Source of the DNA: Candidatus Thalassarchaeaceae archaeon
Lineage (GTDB): Archaea; Thermoplasmatota; Poseidoniia; Poseidoniales; Thalassarchaeaceae
DNA length: 52,530 nt
Assembly (NCBI GenBank): GCA_030747395.1
Contig: JASLKT010000004.1
Location: 1 to 52,530, forward strand
Direction of reading: 5' to 3'
Shown in pieces: positions 39,641 to 47,981 of the stretch; within the stretch, counting starts at the first letter, position 1, and each line of letters starts with the position of its first letter. The position numbers and the translations under genes were made by a program. Below the pieces are notes generated by a model. The model had not been told where the DNA came from. It did no database searches and was given only the letters and a program-made list of their open reading frames with translations.

Positions 39641-40687
39641 ATGCCCGAGCAAGTGCCATTGTTCCTCGCACCGATGGCGGGTGTCACCGATGTGGCATAT
39701 CGGCTGCTTGCCAGAGAAGCTGGAGCAGATTTCACTTCGACTGAGTTCACAGCTGCGAGCGGCCTCAGTCGAAAAGATGCCAAATCGTGGGCCAAGGTCG
39801 AAACCCACCCAAGGGAATCACCGTTCATTCCTCAGATATTTGGTGGCATCGAAGACGAAATGGTTGAAACCGCTCGTTTGTTGTCAAAAAACGCTGATGT
39901 CATCGATCTAAATTTCGGTTGCCCTGCACCGAAGGTGACCAAAACTTGTGCGGGTGCTGCAATGATGGCAGACCCTGACAACCTCATTTCTATGGTCGAA
40001 CGTTGCATAGAAGCCAGTGATGTTCCGGTCTCAGTGAAGATGCGATTGGGAACAAGTCACGGTGCGCTGACTGTATTCGAAATCGCTGAGCGTTGCGCCC
40101 AACTGGGCGTCCTACGCATCTGTGTCCATGGGCGCACACTCTCTCAGAAATATCGAGGGGAAGCCGATTGGGAGATGATTCGCCAAGTTGTCGAAATCGC
40201 ACAGCCCTACGACGTCCCTGTGATTGCCAACGGTGACATCACCAATGCAAAGAGCGCCGCTCGTTGCTTGGAAGTGACTGGGGCAGCCGGATTGATGATT
40301 GGCCGGGGAGCCATCGGCGATCCTTGCATTTTCGGACGAATCAAGACAGAATTGGGTTGGGAAGATTTCGATGCACCTTGGGGTGACGCGAATGAGGCCG
40401 GTCAGAAACATTGGGCTTGGAACCGTTACGTGGAATTGGTTGACGAAATTGGTGGACCCTATGCTGCTCGAAACATGAAGCAGCACGCGATTTCATTCAC
40501 CAAAGGTCTCCCAGGAGGGAAGGAATTACGACCACATCTCCACGCCATCAAGGATTTCCGTTTGATTGGCGAACCCCTGAATATCGCCTTGGAGGCATTC
40601 TCCCAGCGCCGCTACAACACGTTGGTTGTGCCCGAAGCAATTGAAGCGGCAGCAACCGCTTCCGAGGCAGAAGGGTGGCGTCGATGA
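39641..40687 (+). CDS. dus: tRNA-dihydrouridine synthase (DusB-like)
   Basis: LAPMAGVTD..YR, IDLNFGCP, GAAMM, VSVKMRLG, HGRT, PVIANGDI, MIGRGA.GDP; GAGGTGG SD. Confidence 0.93.
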   Translation: MPEQVPLFLAPMAGVTDVAYRLLAREAGADFTSTEFTAASGLSRKDAKSWAKVETHPRESPFIPQIFGGIEDEMVETARLLSKNADVIDLNFGCPAPKVTKTCAGAAMMADPDNLISMVERCIEASDVPVSVKMRLGTSHGALTVFEIAERCAQLGVLRICVHGRTLSQKYRGEADWEMIRQVVEIAQPYDVPVIANGDITNAKSAARCLEVTGAAGLMIGRGAIGDPCIFGRIKTELGWEDFDAPWGDANEAGQKHWAWNRYVELVDEIGGPYAARNMKQHAISFTKGLPGGKELRPHLHAIKDFRLIGEPLNIALEAFSQRRYNTLVVPEAIEAAATASEAEGWRR

Positions 40688-41793
40688 GTGATACTCGTCG
40701 CGGGTTGAAGGGCGTCGGAACACTGTCGTTGATTTTCGTAATGCTTCTGATTGTCCAGATGATTTCCCCCTTTCTTGGCTGGGATGACCCCGAAGTTGAG
40801 GAGGGTTTCGTGATTGATGAAGTGACCAACGGTCTTGGAGGCCCGGCCTGCCTTGAGTGGATTTCTAATTACGACCTACTGGTTTGCGATCGTGATGGCG
40901 GCACAATCAAACTGTTGAATTTCGACATCGATTCCAACGATTCGAGATGGACACCAACTGACAATAGTTCCATCCTGCTTACGGATTTACATGAGCCCCA
41001 TGACATCCTCATCCTTGAGGACCACATCCTCATCTCTGAGCGGGGCAAATTAACCCGCATCAATCAGACTAGCCTTGATCAAACTCTGAACGAGGCACCA
41101 CGTTGGACGATTATCGATGATGTACCCACGGGCAATCATCAGACGAACAATCTCGACATCATGCCCAATGGAACTGTGATTTGGCATGTGGGATCAACCT
41201 GCAACATCTGTGATGAGGTGGATGGACGCAATGCTGCACTGCTATGGGTGAATTCGAGCACGGGAGAGCACGGCATTCTTGCAAGTGGCGTGCGCAATTC
41301 ATTCCATGGTATCTGGGTGCCCGACATGGGTTATGTTTTCAGCGACAATGGTCGAGATTGGGAAGGGAATCATCCCCCTGAGGAGGTAAACCTCCTGATT
41401 GCTGGAGGGGATTACGGTTGGCCTGACGATGATCCTGAGCATCCAGTTCCGGAAGGAACCATTGGGTCGGTTGCTACATGGACGCCCCACTCCAGCCTTA
41501 ACAATCTGGCATATCGTCCACTGGACTCCCCTTTCCCTGGCGGGAATCACACCGTCTATGCCACCGTTTACGGCTCGTGGAATGCCATCGAACCTGTGGG
41601 TCATGAAATCGTCCGCATCGATTTCACAACGAATACTAGCGCGCCACAAGGATGGTCATCTGAAACATCGGTTTTCGCATCAGACCTTAGTGCACCGCTA
41701 CCGATTGCATTCCACCCCAGTGGAAACCATCTGTTCTATACGAACTTTCTAGACGATGGCACGTTATATGTTATTTCACCGATTAATTATTAA
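40684..41793 (+). CDS. Glucose/sorbosone dehydrogenase-like (PQQ-dependent sugar dehydrogenase family) beta-propeller, membrane-anchored
   Basis: GSTCNICDE, ASGVRNS, SDNGRDW, PPEEVNLL..GGDYGWP, PHSS, GSWN; N-terminal TM; ATGA overlap with dus. Confidence 0.85.
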   Translation: MSDTRRGLKGVGTLSLIFVMLLIVQMISPFLGWDDPEVEEGFVIDEVTNGLGGPACLEWISNYDLLVCDRDGGTIKLLNFDIDSNDSRWTPTDNSSILLTDLHEPHDILILEDHILISERGKLTRINQTSLDQTLNEAPRWTIIDDVPTGNHQTNNLDIMPNGTVIWHVGSTCNICDEVDGRNAALLWVNSSTGEHGILASGVRNSFHGIWVPDMGYVFSDNGRDWEGNHPPEEVNLLIAGGDYGWPDDDPEHPVPEGTIGSVATWTPHSSLNNLAYRPLDSPFPGGNHTVYATVYGSWNAIEPVGHEIVRIDFTTNTSAPQGWSSETSVFASDLSAPLPIAFHPSGNHLFYTNFLDDGTLYVISPINY

Positions 41794-41815
41794 ATGAGGA
41801 CTACAATCCTAAATC

Positions 41816-41971
41816 ATGGCCGAAAAAGAATTCTGCTGGTGCTGTGCTTCAGCAATGACACAAAAGGTAATTCCATTCATTGGAGCAGAGATTTGGTTCT
41901 GCGCTATTTGCACACCTGACTTCGATTACGTCTCGTTCATTGAGAACTACGATTTTTGGGCAGGTGATTAA
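41816..41971 (+). CDS. 51-aa Zn-ribbon microprotein (not in ORF track)
   Basis: MAEKEFCWCCASAMTQKVIPFIGAEIWFCAICTPDFDYVSFIENYDFWAGD; two CxxC pairs; fills the gap exactly and its stop overlaps the convergent gene's stop (TTAA). Confidence 0.7.
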   Translation: MAEKEFCWCCASAMTQKVIPFIGAEIWFCAICTPDFDYVSFIENYDFWAGD

Positions 41972-43071
41972 TCCGATTGCATGGCCTTTTCCAAAGTCTC
42001 AGCGACACGTTTTATTCGTCTGAACGTCCGATCAGATTTTGTCAACACACGCTCACAAATCTGGTTGGCCTTGGCCCCACATAATCGCCATCCAATGGGT
42101 AATTTTCCACCGAGTAAGTTCAGTAATATCATCTGTTCATTAGAGGGGACAGTTGCGAAAATTTTCTCACAGGCTGCAACGTTGAATGACCCCTTGTCTA
42201 GAGATTTGACGACTTTCTTTGCGGTTTTTTCATCGATCCGTGAAAGCCCTCCTTTCTTCATCAACCAGTCGCCACCCCTTCGGCCATGCTGCGCTTGTAG
42301 GGCAGACCACAATGTAACGGGTAAACGATCCAATCGAGGTACCCTTTCTGCAAGTCCTGCAGCTCTGAATCGATCGAGTGTGCGGGTTAAACGAGGACGA
42401 GTAGTCCCCCAATTTTCCAGTGCCTCATCTAAGGAAAGCGGCGCATGGGCTGCGAGTAGATGTTCAAACATCAGTCGTCCAAGAGGTGCACTTCCATCAG
42501 AGGGACGTCGAACACGATCACCTAACAATCCAAGGTCGAGAAGAAATGCGTCCATCTCATCCTGACCTTCAGTGAGTGGGGCCCGACCACGAATTTGGAT
42601 GTGGAATGGTGCATCATCTTTCTTTTCCGATGCAATGGACATCCGAGTCTCGCTTTCAGTCATCCACCCTTCTAGGGAACGAAGTCGTTGATCCAAGACC
42701 AAGCGTGCTTCTGCAGCCATGATTTCAACCGCGTTGGAAAGTGAACCGTTTCTGAGATGATGTACTCTCCAACCACCACGATTGACAGCTGCCGTGAGGC
42801 CACATTCGTTGAGTTTACTCAATTGATATTGAATGGCGGTCGGGGAAAGGCCCAGTTCATCACCCAGTGTTTGAGCATCCCATCCACTTCCTGGATTCGC
42901 AAGCATGTGCTCGCAGAGAATTCTATGAATTGGAGAATGAACTCCTTCACCCGTCCATTCATCGCCACTACGGCGCACAAATTCGAGTGTATCAAGCAGC
43001 CAACTGACCAGTTGATCGACATCTCGGCTGCCCGCGGGTGCAGGCTGCTCGGCCAATCGCATGTTCAGCAT
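41968..43071 (-). CDS. Tandem winged-helix (ArsR-like) protein, internally duplicated
   Basis: Two similar units: SWLLDTL...LGDELGLSPTAIQYQLSKLNECGL and AFLLDLGL...ALENWGTTRPRLTRTLDRFRAAGL. Confidence 0.78.
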   Translation of the reverse strand: MLNMRLAEQPAPAGSRDVDQLVSWLLDTLEFVRRSGDEWTGEGVHSPIHRILCEHMLANPGSGWDAQTLGDELGLSPTAIQYQLSKLNECGLTAAVNRGGWRVHHLRNGSLSNAVEIMAAEARLVLDQRLRSLEGWMTESETRMSIASEKKDDAPFHIQIRGRAPLTEGQDEMDAFLLDLGLLGDRVRRPSDGSAPLGRLMFEHLLAAHAPLSLDEALENWGTTRPRLTRTLDRFRAAGLAERVPRLDRLPVTLWSALQAQHGRRGGDWLMKKGGLSRIDEKTAKKVVKSLDKGSFNVAACEKIFATVPSNEQMILLNLLGGKLPIGWRLCGAKANQICERVLTKSDRTFRRIKRVAETLEKAMQSD

Positions 43072-43160
43072 AGGCAATGCCCGTAGCAGGGGGGCTCAAA
43101 ACCCCTCCGACATCAGAAGCGACTCAGACCTAACTATGTCGTCCCACACAGGTGAGCGGT

Positions 43161-43802
43161 CTATTCGGGCAGAGGTCGTTCATCAAGCCACTCATATTCG
43201 ACACCGGAGGTTTGTAATCCATCCAGATGAGGTGCCAATTTGAGGTCATGGCTGTGTACGATTCCACGACGTCGCAACACCTTGATTGCAGAATGTACCG
43301 TGGCACGAGATCGACCCAATTCACGACTGAGTTCGGCTTGGCTCTTCGGCAGAGGCGTTTTCATCAAACGAGCCACAACAATTCGCTGAGCGCCTGAAAG
43401 TCCAACAGGCATCATTCTGGCTGCTTTCTCAGAATCTCCGACATTCATCTCTCGCAGAATTTCAATTTGTTGTGGAGCGCCAGCATAGTGACAGGATCGT
43501 CCGTTGACAGGGACGACTGTAATCGAACGATTGGTAATGAGTACATCGAGATGATGGCGAAGTGTACCGTTTGCAGCGCCTAGTTCACGCTGCAATTCAC
43601 GATACGCGAGGCCAGGTTGTGTATCTAGAACCTGCAAGATTCGCTGCCGAAGTGGGTGCTCCCAAGGGTTGTTTGCTTGACTTGAAATCACACCAGTAGC
43701 AGCCCAATTCCATGGCATAACTGCGCCAAGGCTAGCGCCAACTGCAGCGACTCCGGCCATGAGCCACGGACGCTGACGGTGCCATTGCTGAAGCAGTGCC
43801 AT
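43161..43802 (-). CDS. Winged-helix transcriptional regulator with two HTH domains
   Basis: HPLRQRILQVL..QPG..YRELQRELGAANGTLRHHLDVL and SQAELSRELGRSRATVHSAIKVLRRRGIV. Confidence 0.88.
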   Translation of the reverse strand: MALLQQWHRQRPWLMAGVAAVGASLGAVMPWNWAATGVISSQANNPWEHPLRQRILQVLDTQPGLAYRELQRELGAANGTLRHHLDVLITNRSITVVPVNGRSCHYAGAPQQIEILREMNVGDSEKAARMMPVGLSGAQRIVVARLMKTPLPKSQAELSRELGRSRATVHSAIKVLRRRGIVHSHDLKLAPHLDGLQTSGVEYEWLDERPLPE

Positions 43803-43803
43803 C

Positions 43804-43820
43804 GAATCCCTTTGGGATTC
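43804..43820. promoter_or_regulatory. 7-3-7 palindrome GAATCCC-TTT-GGGATTC abutting the wHTH start codon (candidate operator)
   Basis: Perfect inverted repeat between an AT-rich box and the ATG at 43802. Confidence 0.5.
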
Positions 43821-43909
43821 AGTGCTTATTGAAGCAATTGGTCCAGTGTTCGGACACAGGGTGGCCTATGTCAAAGAAATATTAAGACAATAACTTCAAT
43901 CAAAATTGT

Positions 43910-44149
43910 ATGAAGGCCGGCGGTAAGTGTGTCAAATGTGACAGCGACGATGTGAATCAAACCCAAGGTATAGCCAAGGCGTTTACGCCCCACATTTTGT
44001 TCGCTTGCCAATCCTGTGGCTATACCGAATTGTACGAAGCGAGTCCTGGGAGTGGTACTCTTTCTGGCACTTACAAAAAGGCGCTCCCGCAGATCATCAT
44101 CTATTTGGGTTTGATATTCGCAGTTTTCTACATGATCGGAATCTATTGA
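43910..44149 (+). CDS. Small Zn-ribbon protein with C-terminal TM helix
   Basis: CVKC...CQSCGYTELY followed by IIIYLGLIFAVFYMIGIY. Confidence 0.75.
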   Translation: MKAGGKCVKCDSDDVNQTQGIAKAFTPHILFACQSCGYTELYEASPGSGTLSGTYKKALPQIIIYLGLIFAVFYMIGIY

Positions 44150-44196
44150 CCTCGCACATAGGGTAGTCACTAGCCATACCCCTTGTTAGAGTGTGA

Positions 44197-44877
44197 CTAG
44201 TGTGACAATTCATCGATTGAGCGATTTCGGGAGAAGATGTATTCGATTAGGTGCTTCATACCTCTACAATCATGTTCATTGTATGTAACTAGGGTATCTA
44301 ATCGTTCTTTAGATTGTTCTGATATCATTGAATATCTTCCTCTCCTACGGCATTGACTAACAAGATTCCCAATCGCACTGCTTGGACGAAAGTCACCAAG
44401 GTCATCGGGATATTCATACCCCACATAGTCTAGTTTTAGATAGTCCTTCAGAGATACCCTTCTTCCTTCGTTCCTTGCAACGTCGTTCAATCGTCTGAAT
44501 GTTGTCCTGCGATTCCTCTTAAAATATGATTTAGTAAGTAAATTCGCATTCCTGTAGAGTTCTTCCATGGGTTCTTTGTAATAATCATCCTCAGTGATGA
44601 TGTTGAATTCATGTTCTGAATAACCAATGATTACTCGATCTTCTACCAATGCTTTTTCAACCAACCATTCGCGGAATTGGTCGAGTTCGCGACAACCTAA
44701 TTCATGAGGGGATTCACTCAGGCAAAAAAATTCTGAATCCACAATGTCAATATCATAATTGTCACCAATCAGATACCCTGCGAATGTAGGAGGGTGATTG
44801 CGACCTCCTTCAAAATCTAGCCAAATCGCCCTCTCGAATTCCTCGCGGGTTAGTGAGCGAGGATATTCGCTTGCCAT
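44197..44877 (-). CDS. Hypothetical protein, possible RNase H-fold (YprB/DEDD-like) nuclease; low GC
   Basis: IWLDFEG, IIGYSEHEF, SLKDY, LVTYNEHDC motifs; AT-rich with AGA/AGG Arg codons. Confidence 0.7.
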   Translation of the reverse strand: MASEYPRSLTREEFERAIWLDFEGGRNHPPTFAGYLIGDNYDIDIVDSEFFCLSESPHELGCRELDQFREWLVEKALVEDRVIIGYSEHEFNIITEDDYYKEPMEELYRNANLLTKSYFKRNRRTTFRRLNDVARNEGRRVSLKDYLKLDYVGYEYPDDLGDFRPSSAIGNLVSQCRRRGRYSMISEQSKERLDTLVTYNEHDCRGMKHLIEYIFSRNRSIDELSH

Positions 44878-44995
44878 ATATCGCCCAGAAGTGAAACGAT
44901 TACAAACTTGTGGATTGTAACCCTTGAAAACTGGTCTGAATGGGTGTTCAGGCTACTGTTTTATGAGGTTTGACTCAGAGGTAACCTATGTTCGA

Positions 44996-45448
44996 CTATT
45001 GTTGCTTGACAGAACCTTTCTGCAACTTCATGTAAGCCACAAGCGGCCCCAACAATCGACCTGCACGCTTACCGTGATCAGTCAAACGATAGGTGACGCG
45101 AACGGGAGGGCCTTCGACAACGATTCGATCAATCAATCCGTTCTCTGTGCACTTGCGCAATTTGTCAGAGAGTGTTCGGCTTGAGATACCGACGAGCAAT
45201 TTCCTCAATTCGTTGAAGCGGCGCTCGCCTGCGATGTACAGTGTTGCTAGGATCTCTATCGTCCAGCGGCTTGTGAAGACATCTAGTGCTTCGACTGAGG
45301 CTTCAACTTCCCAAGCCGTATCGTGTTCATCACCATGATGTCCACTGAAAATCTGGCGAATTCGAGCCCCCATTCCTTCTGTTGTCACAATACTCGATTC
45401 GATTTCTTTCATATCTTCATGTGGCAGAATCATGGGGGTTTCAGGCAT
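44996..45448 (-). CDS. HxlR-family winged-helix transcriptional regulator
   Basis: RWTIEILATL...RRFNELRKLLVGISSRTLSDKLR...GLIDR....PPVRVTYRLTDHG; GGTGA SD before ATG 45448. Confidence 0.93.
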   Translation of the reverse strand: MPETPMILPHEDMKEIESSIVTTEGMGARIRQIFSGHHGDEHDTAWEVEASVEALDVFTSRWTIEILATLYIAGERRFNELRKLLVGISSRTLSDKLRKCTENGLIDRIVVEGPPVRVTYRLTDHGKRAGRLLGPLVAYMKLQKGSVKQQ

Positions 45449-45462
45449 CAATATCACCGCGG

Positions 45463-45478
45463 TGTTACTAAGGTAACA
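45463..45478. promoter_or_regulatory. Palindrome TGTTAC-TAAG-GTAACA, candidate HxlR operator
   Basis: 6-4-6 inverted repeat 15 nt upstream of the regulator start, in a divergent promoter region with TTTAAA (45501) and CTATATATTA (45524). Confidence 0.6.
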
Positions 45479-45577
45479 TGGTGTGGAAGTTGCACCTTAA
45501 TTTAAACTTTACAACTCCACAGTCTATATATTACGGGCCACACAGGTTTACTATCCACACTGAATGGAGGTATATAC

Positions 45578-45721
45578 ATGGATGCATGGTTAAAGAATTG
45601 GATAGATGAATGGGATGAAGGATATGAGCAGCTCGAGGCTGCCAAGAAGGAGAAATTAGAGAAGAAGCCACGGGTAAATTTGTTCCGCCGATTTTTCTCT
45701 AAGAAAAAGGTGGAAGCATGA
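45578..45721 (+). CDS. 47-aa microprotein (acidic N-half, basic C-half; not in ORF track)
   Basis: GGAGGT SD about 6 nt before ATG; MDAWLKNWIDEWDEGYEQLEAAKKEKLEKKPRVNLFRRFFSKKKVEA. Confidence 0.72.
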   Translation: MDAWLKNWIDEWDEGYEQLEAAKKEKLEKKPRVNLFRRFFSKKKVEA

Positions 45722-45810
45722 GTTTGGCAGGCCTGGTGAATTTCTATCTACAGGCAGTTTCGTATTGGGGCTCTGCCAATTTGGATCATTATCGCCGATT
45801 CAAACACTGA
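45718..45810 (+). CDS. 30-aa microprotein (not in ORF track)
   Basis: ATGA overlap with the previous ORF, AGGTGG SD; MSLAGLVNFYLQAVSYWGSANLDHYRRFKH; stop abuts the convergent gene's stop. Confidence 0.55.
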   Translation: MSLAGLVNFYLQAVSYWGSANLDHYRRFKH

Positions 45811-47886
45811 TTACCCATTGGTGTAAGTTGGTCGGCGCCCTTCGATGAGAGCAGAGAGTCCCTCTAGAGCATCTGAAGTGGCAAAGATATCCTCTAGGTT
45901 TGACAACTCTAGTGCGAGTCCGGCATCGAGATTTTCACCGGTTTCGACAGCATTGTCTAGCAATTCACTGGCCATTCGCATTGCAATTGGCGCCGTTCGA
46001 CTGAGCGATTTCAATTGGCGACTTACATTTCGATCTTCAGCATCGAAACCTTCTGGGCAAGACCCTGAGAGTAATCCGGGCATGTTTGCATCACTGTAGA
46101 AGGCACTGGCAAAAGTTGAGACTGGATGTTCTGGATTTCGAGGTTCACATGGATACTTGTTTTCCGGTTTGCCTGATTTGTCAATGGCCTCAACAGTCGC
46201 ACTGACCTCAGCAGGTTCAACAAGATGTGTGAGAATTCCAAGTGCGTATGCTGTTTTTGAATCGACGAAATTACCTGCAAGAACAGCCCATCGTGCGGCT
46301 TCAACACCACAGATGCGGACGGTGCGTTGTGTTCCTCCCAAACCCGGATAGATACCGATATTGGTTTCAGGGAAGCGGAATTGACTGCGGCGGGTGCCGA
46401 CGCGATGATCACAAGCCAAAGCCAATTCGAGCCCACCACCGAGTGCCAAACCAGTGGTCAAGGCAATTGTCGTCTTTGGACTGTTTTCCAACTTGTTCAA
46501 CACGACATGGCCATTGGCTGTGAAATCGTAAATGTCTGAAAATGAGTCCGCCCGAATTTTGTCGACGAAGAATTTGACATCGGCTCCAGCAACAAAGGCC
46601 TTCCCCGCGCCTTCCAGAACGATTGTAGTCACTGAGTTATCTGAATTCAAGTCATCCAAAACCGCACCCAATTGGTCGACCAGTGTCTCATTGAGCGCAT
46701 TCATTGCTTCTGGGCGATTCAGGCGTACAGTTGCGACACCACCGGTTTGTACAACATCGACGAAGTTGAATTCCCAGCCATGACCCGATTCCGCTTTCAT
46801 CGCGAAAAATGGTGGTAGATCAAATTCAGCAAGTTCAGCATAGGCATTGGCCATTCGATGTGCTTCATCAAGACCCAATGCATTCATGATTTCAAAAGGA
46901 CCATTCATCCATCGAAGACCAACCTTTGCACCCCGGTCAACATCTTCCATGGAGCAGATTTCTTCTGCAACAATTTGAGAGGCAACTGCGAAAACCTGAC
47001 CCAGCAATCGTTCTGAGATGATTTTGGTTGCCTCTGCATCGCATTCAGTTTCTTCATCAATATCCCACATCACGCCGGCTTCTACGAGTTCTTCCAAACT
47101 CTTCGCGCCCGTGTAACGTGGTGTATCGAGTTGTTCTGCCAGATAATTGGTCGAGTGAAGAGCGATGGGCGGACCTGTCAGATTCATGAGTGCAAAAGGC
47201 CCCATGCCGATGTCAAAGGCCGCACATGCCACCGCGTCGATTTGTGCTGTAGTACCAACTCCCTCCTCCAAGAGCAAGCAAGCTTCATTGAGCCAGGGTA
47301 CAAAGAATCGGTTGACAACAAAACCGGGTCGATCTTTGCATACGATGACCACCTTTCCGAGCATCTTGCAAAATTGCTCGACGCGAGCGATTGTGTCATC
47401 ACTCGACAATTCCGAAGGGATGACTTCTACCAATCGATTCTTGGCTGGATGATAGAAGAAATGCAATCCAACGAATCGATCTGGGCGTGCGGTTGCTTTT
47501 GCCAACGCATTGACACTGAGAGAAGAGGTGTTTGATGCGAGGATCGTATCCTCTCCACAAGCCTCGTCTAATGTATTGAAAACGGCCTTTTTCACATCAA
47601 AATCCTCGAAAACCGCTTCAATCACGAGGTCCGTATTTGCTGCGACATTTTCAACGCCGACAACACCGGTGATACGTGCTTGGATTTCCTCAACTTGCGC
47701 CTCTGAGAAGATTCGACGCTCTACAGCCTGGCCAAGTAATGTGGAGATTGTCTCTTGTCCTCTCTCTACCCATTGCAGTTCTCGGTCTACCATTTGGACC
47801 GGAAATTGCTCTTGTGCAGTCTTCTGAGCAATTCCACTGCCCATGTTCCCGGCTCCGACGATGGCGACAGTCTCGATGGGCTTCAT
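45811..47886 (-). CDS. 3-hydroxyacyl-CoA dehydrogenase / enoyl-CoA hydratase bifunctional protein
   Basis: GAGNMGSGIA, VIEAVFED, ASNTSSL, GLHFFY, PGFVVNR; C-terminal crotonase LNRPEAMNAL, FVAGAD, GGGLELALACD, PGLGGTQR. Confidence 0.96.
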   Translation of the reverse strand: MKPIETVAIVGAGNMGSGIAQKTAQEQFPVQMVDRELQWVERGQETISTLLGQAVERRIFSEAQVEEIQARITGVVGVENVAANTDLVIEAVFEDFDVKKAVFNTLDEACGEDTILASNTSSLSVNALAKATARPDRFVGLHFFYHPAKNRLVEVIPSELSSDDTIARVEQFCKMLGKVVIVCKDRPGFVVNRFFVPWLNEACLLLEEGVGTTAQIDAVACAAFDIGMGPFALMNLTGPPIALHSTNYLAEQLDTPRYTGAKSLEELVEAGVMWDIDEETECDAEATKIISERLLGQVFAVASQIVAEEICSMEDVDRGAKVGLRWMNGPFEIMNALGLDEAHRMANAYAELAEFDLPPFFAMKAESGHGWEFNFVDVVQTGGVATVRLNRPEAMNALNETLVDQLGAVLDDLNSDNSVTTIVLEGAGKAFVAGADVKFFVDKIRADSFSDIYDFTANGHVVLNKLENSPKTTIALTTGLALGGGLELALACDHRVGTRRSQFRFPETNIGIYPGLGGTQRTVRICGVEAARWAVLAGNFVDSKTAYALGILTHLVEPAEVSATVEAIDKSGKPENKYPCEPRNPEHPVSTFASAFYSDANMPGLLSGSCPEGFDAEDRNVSRQLKSLSRTAPIAMRMASELLDNAVETGENLDAGLALELSNLEDIFATSDALEGLSALIEGRRPTYTNG

Positions 47887-47981
47887 GGCCGTTCGACCCG
47901 AATACGCCTCATGAATTCAACGGCGTAGCCGAGAGGGATGAAGCATCAGATTCAACACCCCCTTCTTGTCGTAGCCCCCCC

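Noticed and set aside
17943-43127. TGAGTCG/CGACTCA as a dispersed regulatory motif
   Set aside because: A 7-mer is expected about six times by chance on both strands of this window and it also occurs inside coding regions; only the palindromic instances were kept
44150-44206. Short inverted/direct repeats (TAGTCAC/GTGACTA, AGTGTGAC x2) as mobile-element ends
   Set aside because: No matching repeat was found at the other side of the low-GC gene, and no transposase or integrase is present
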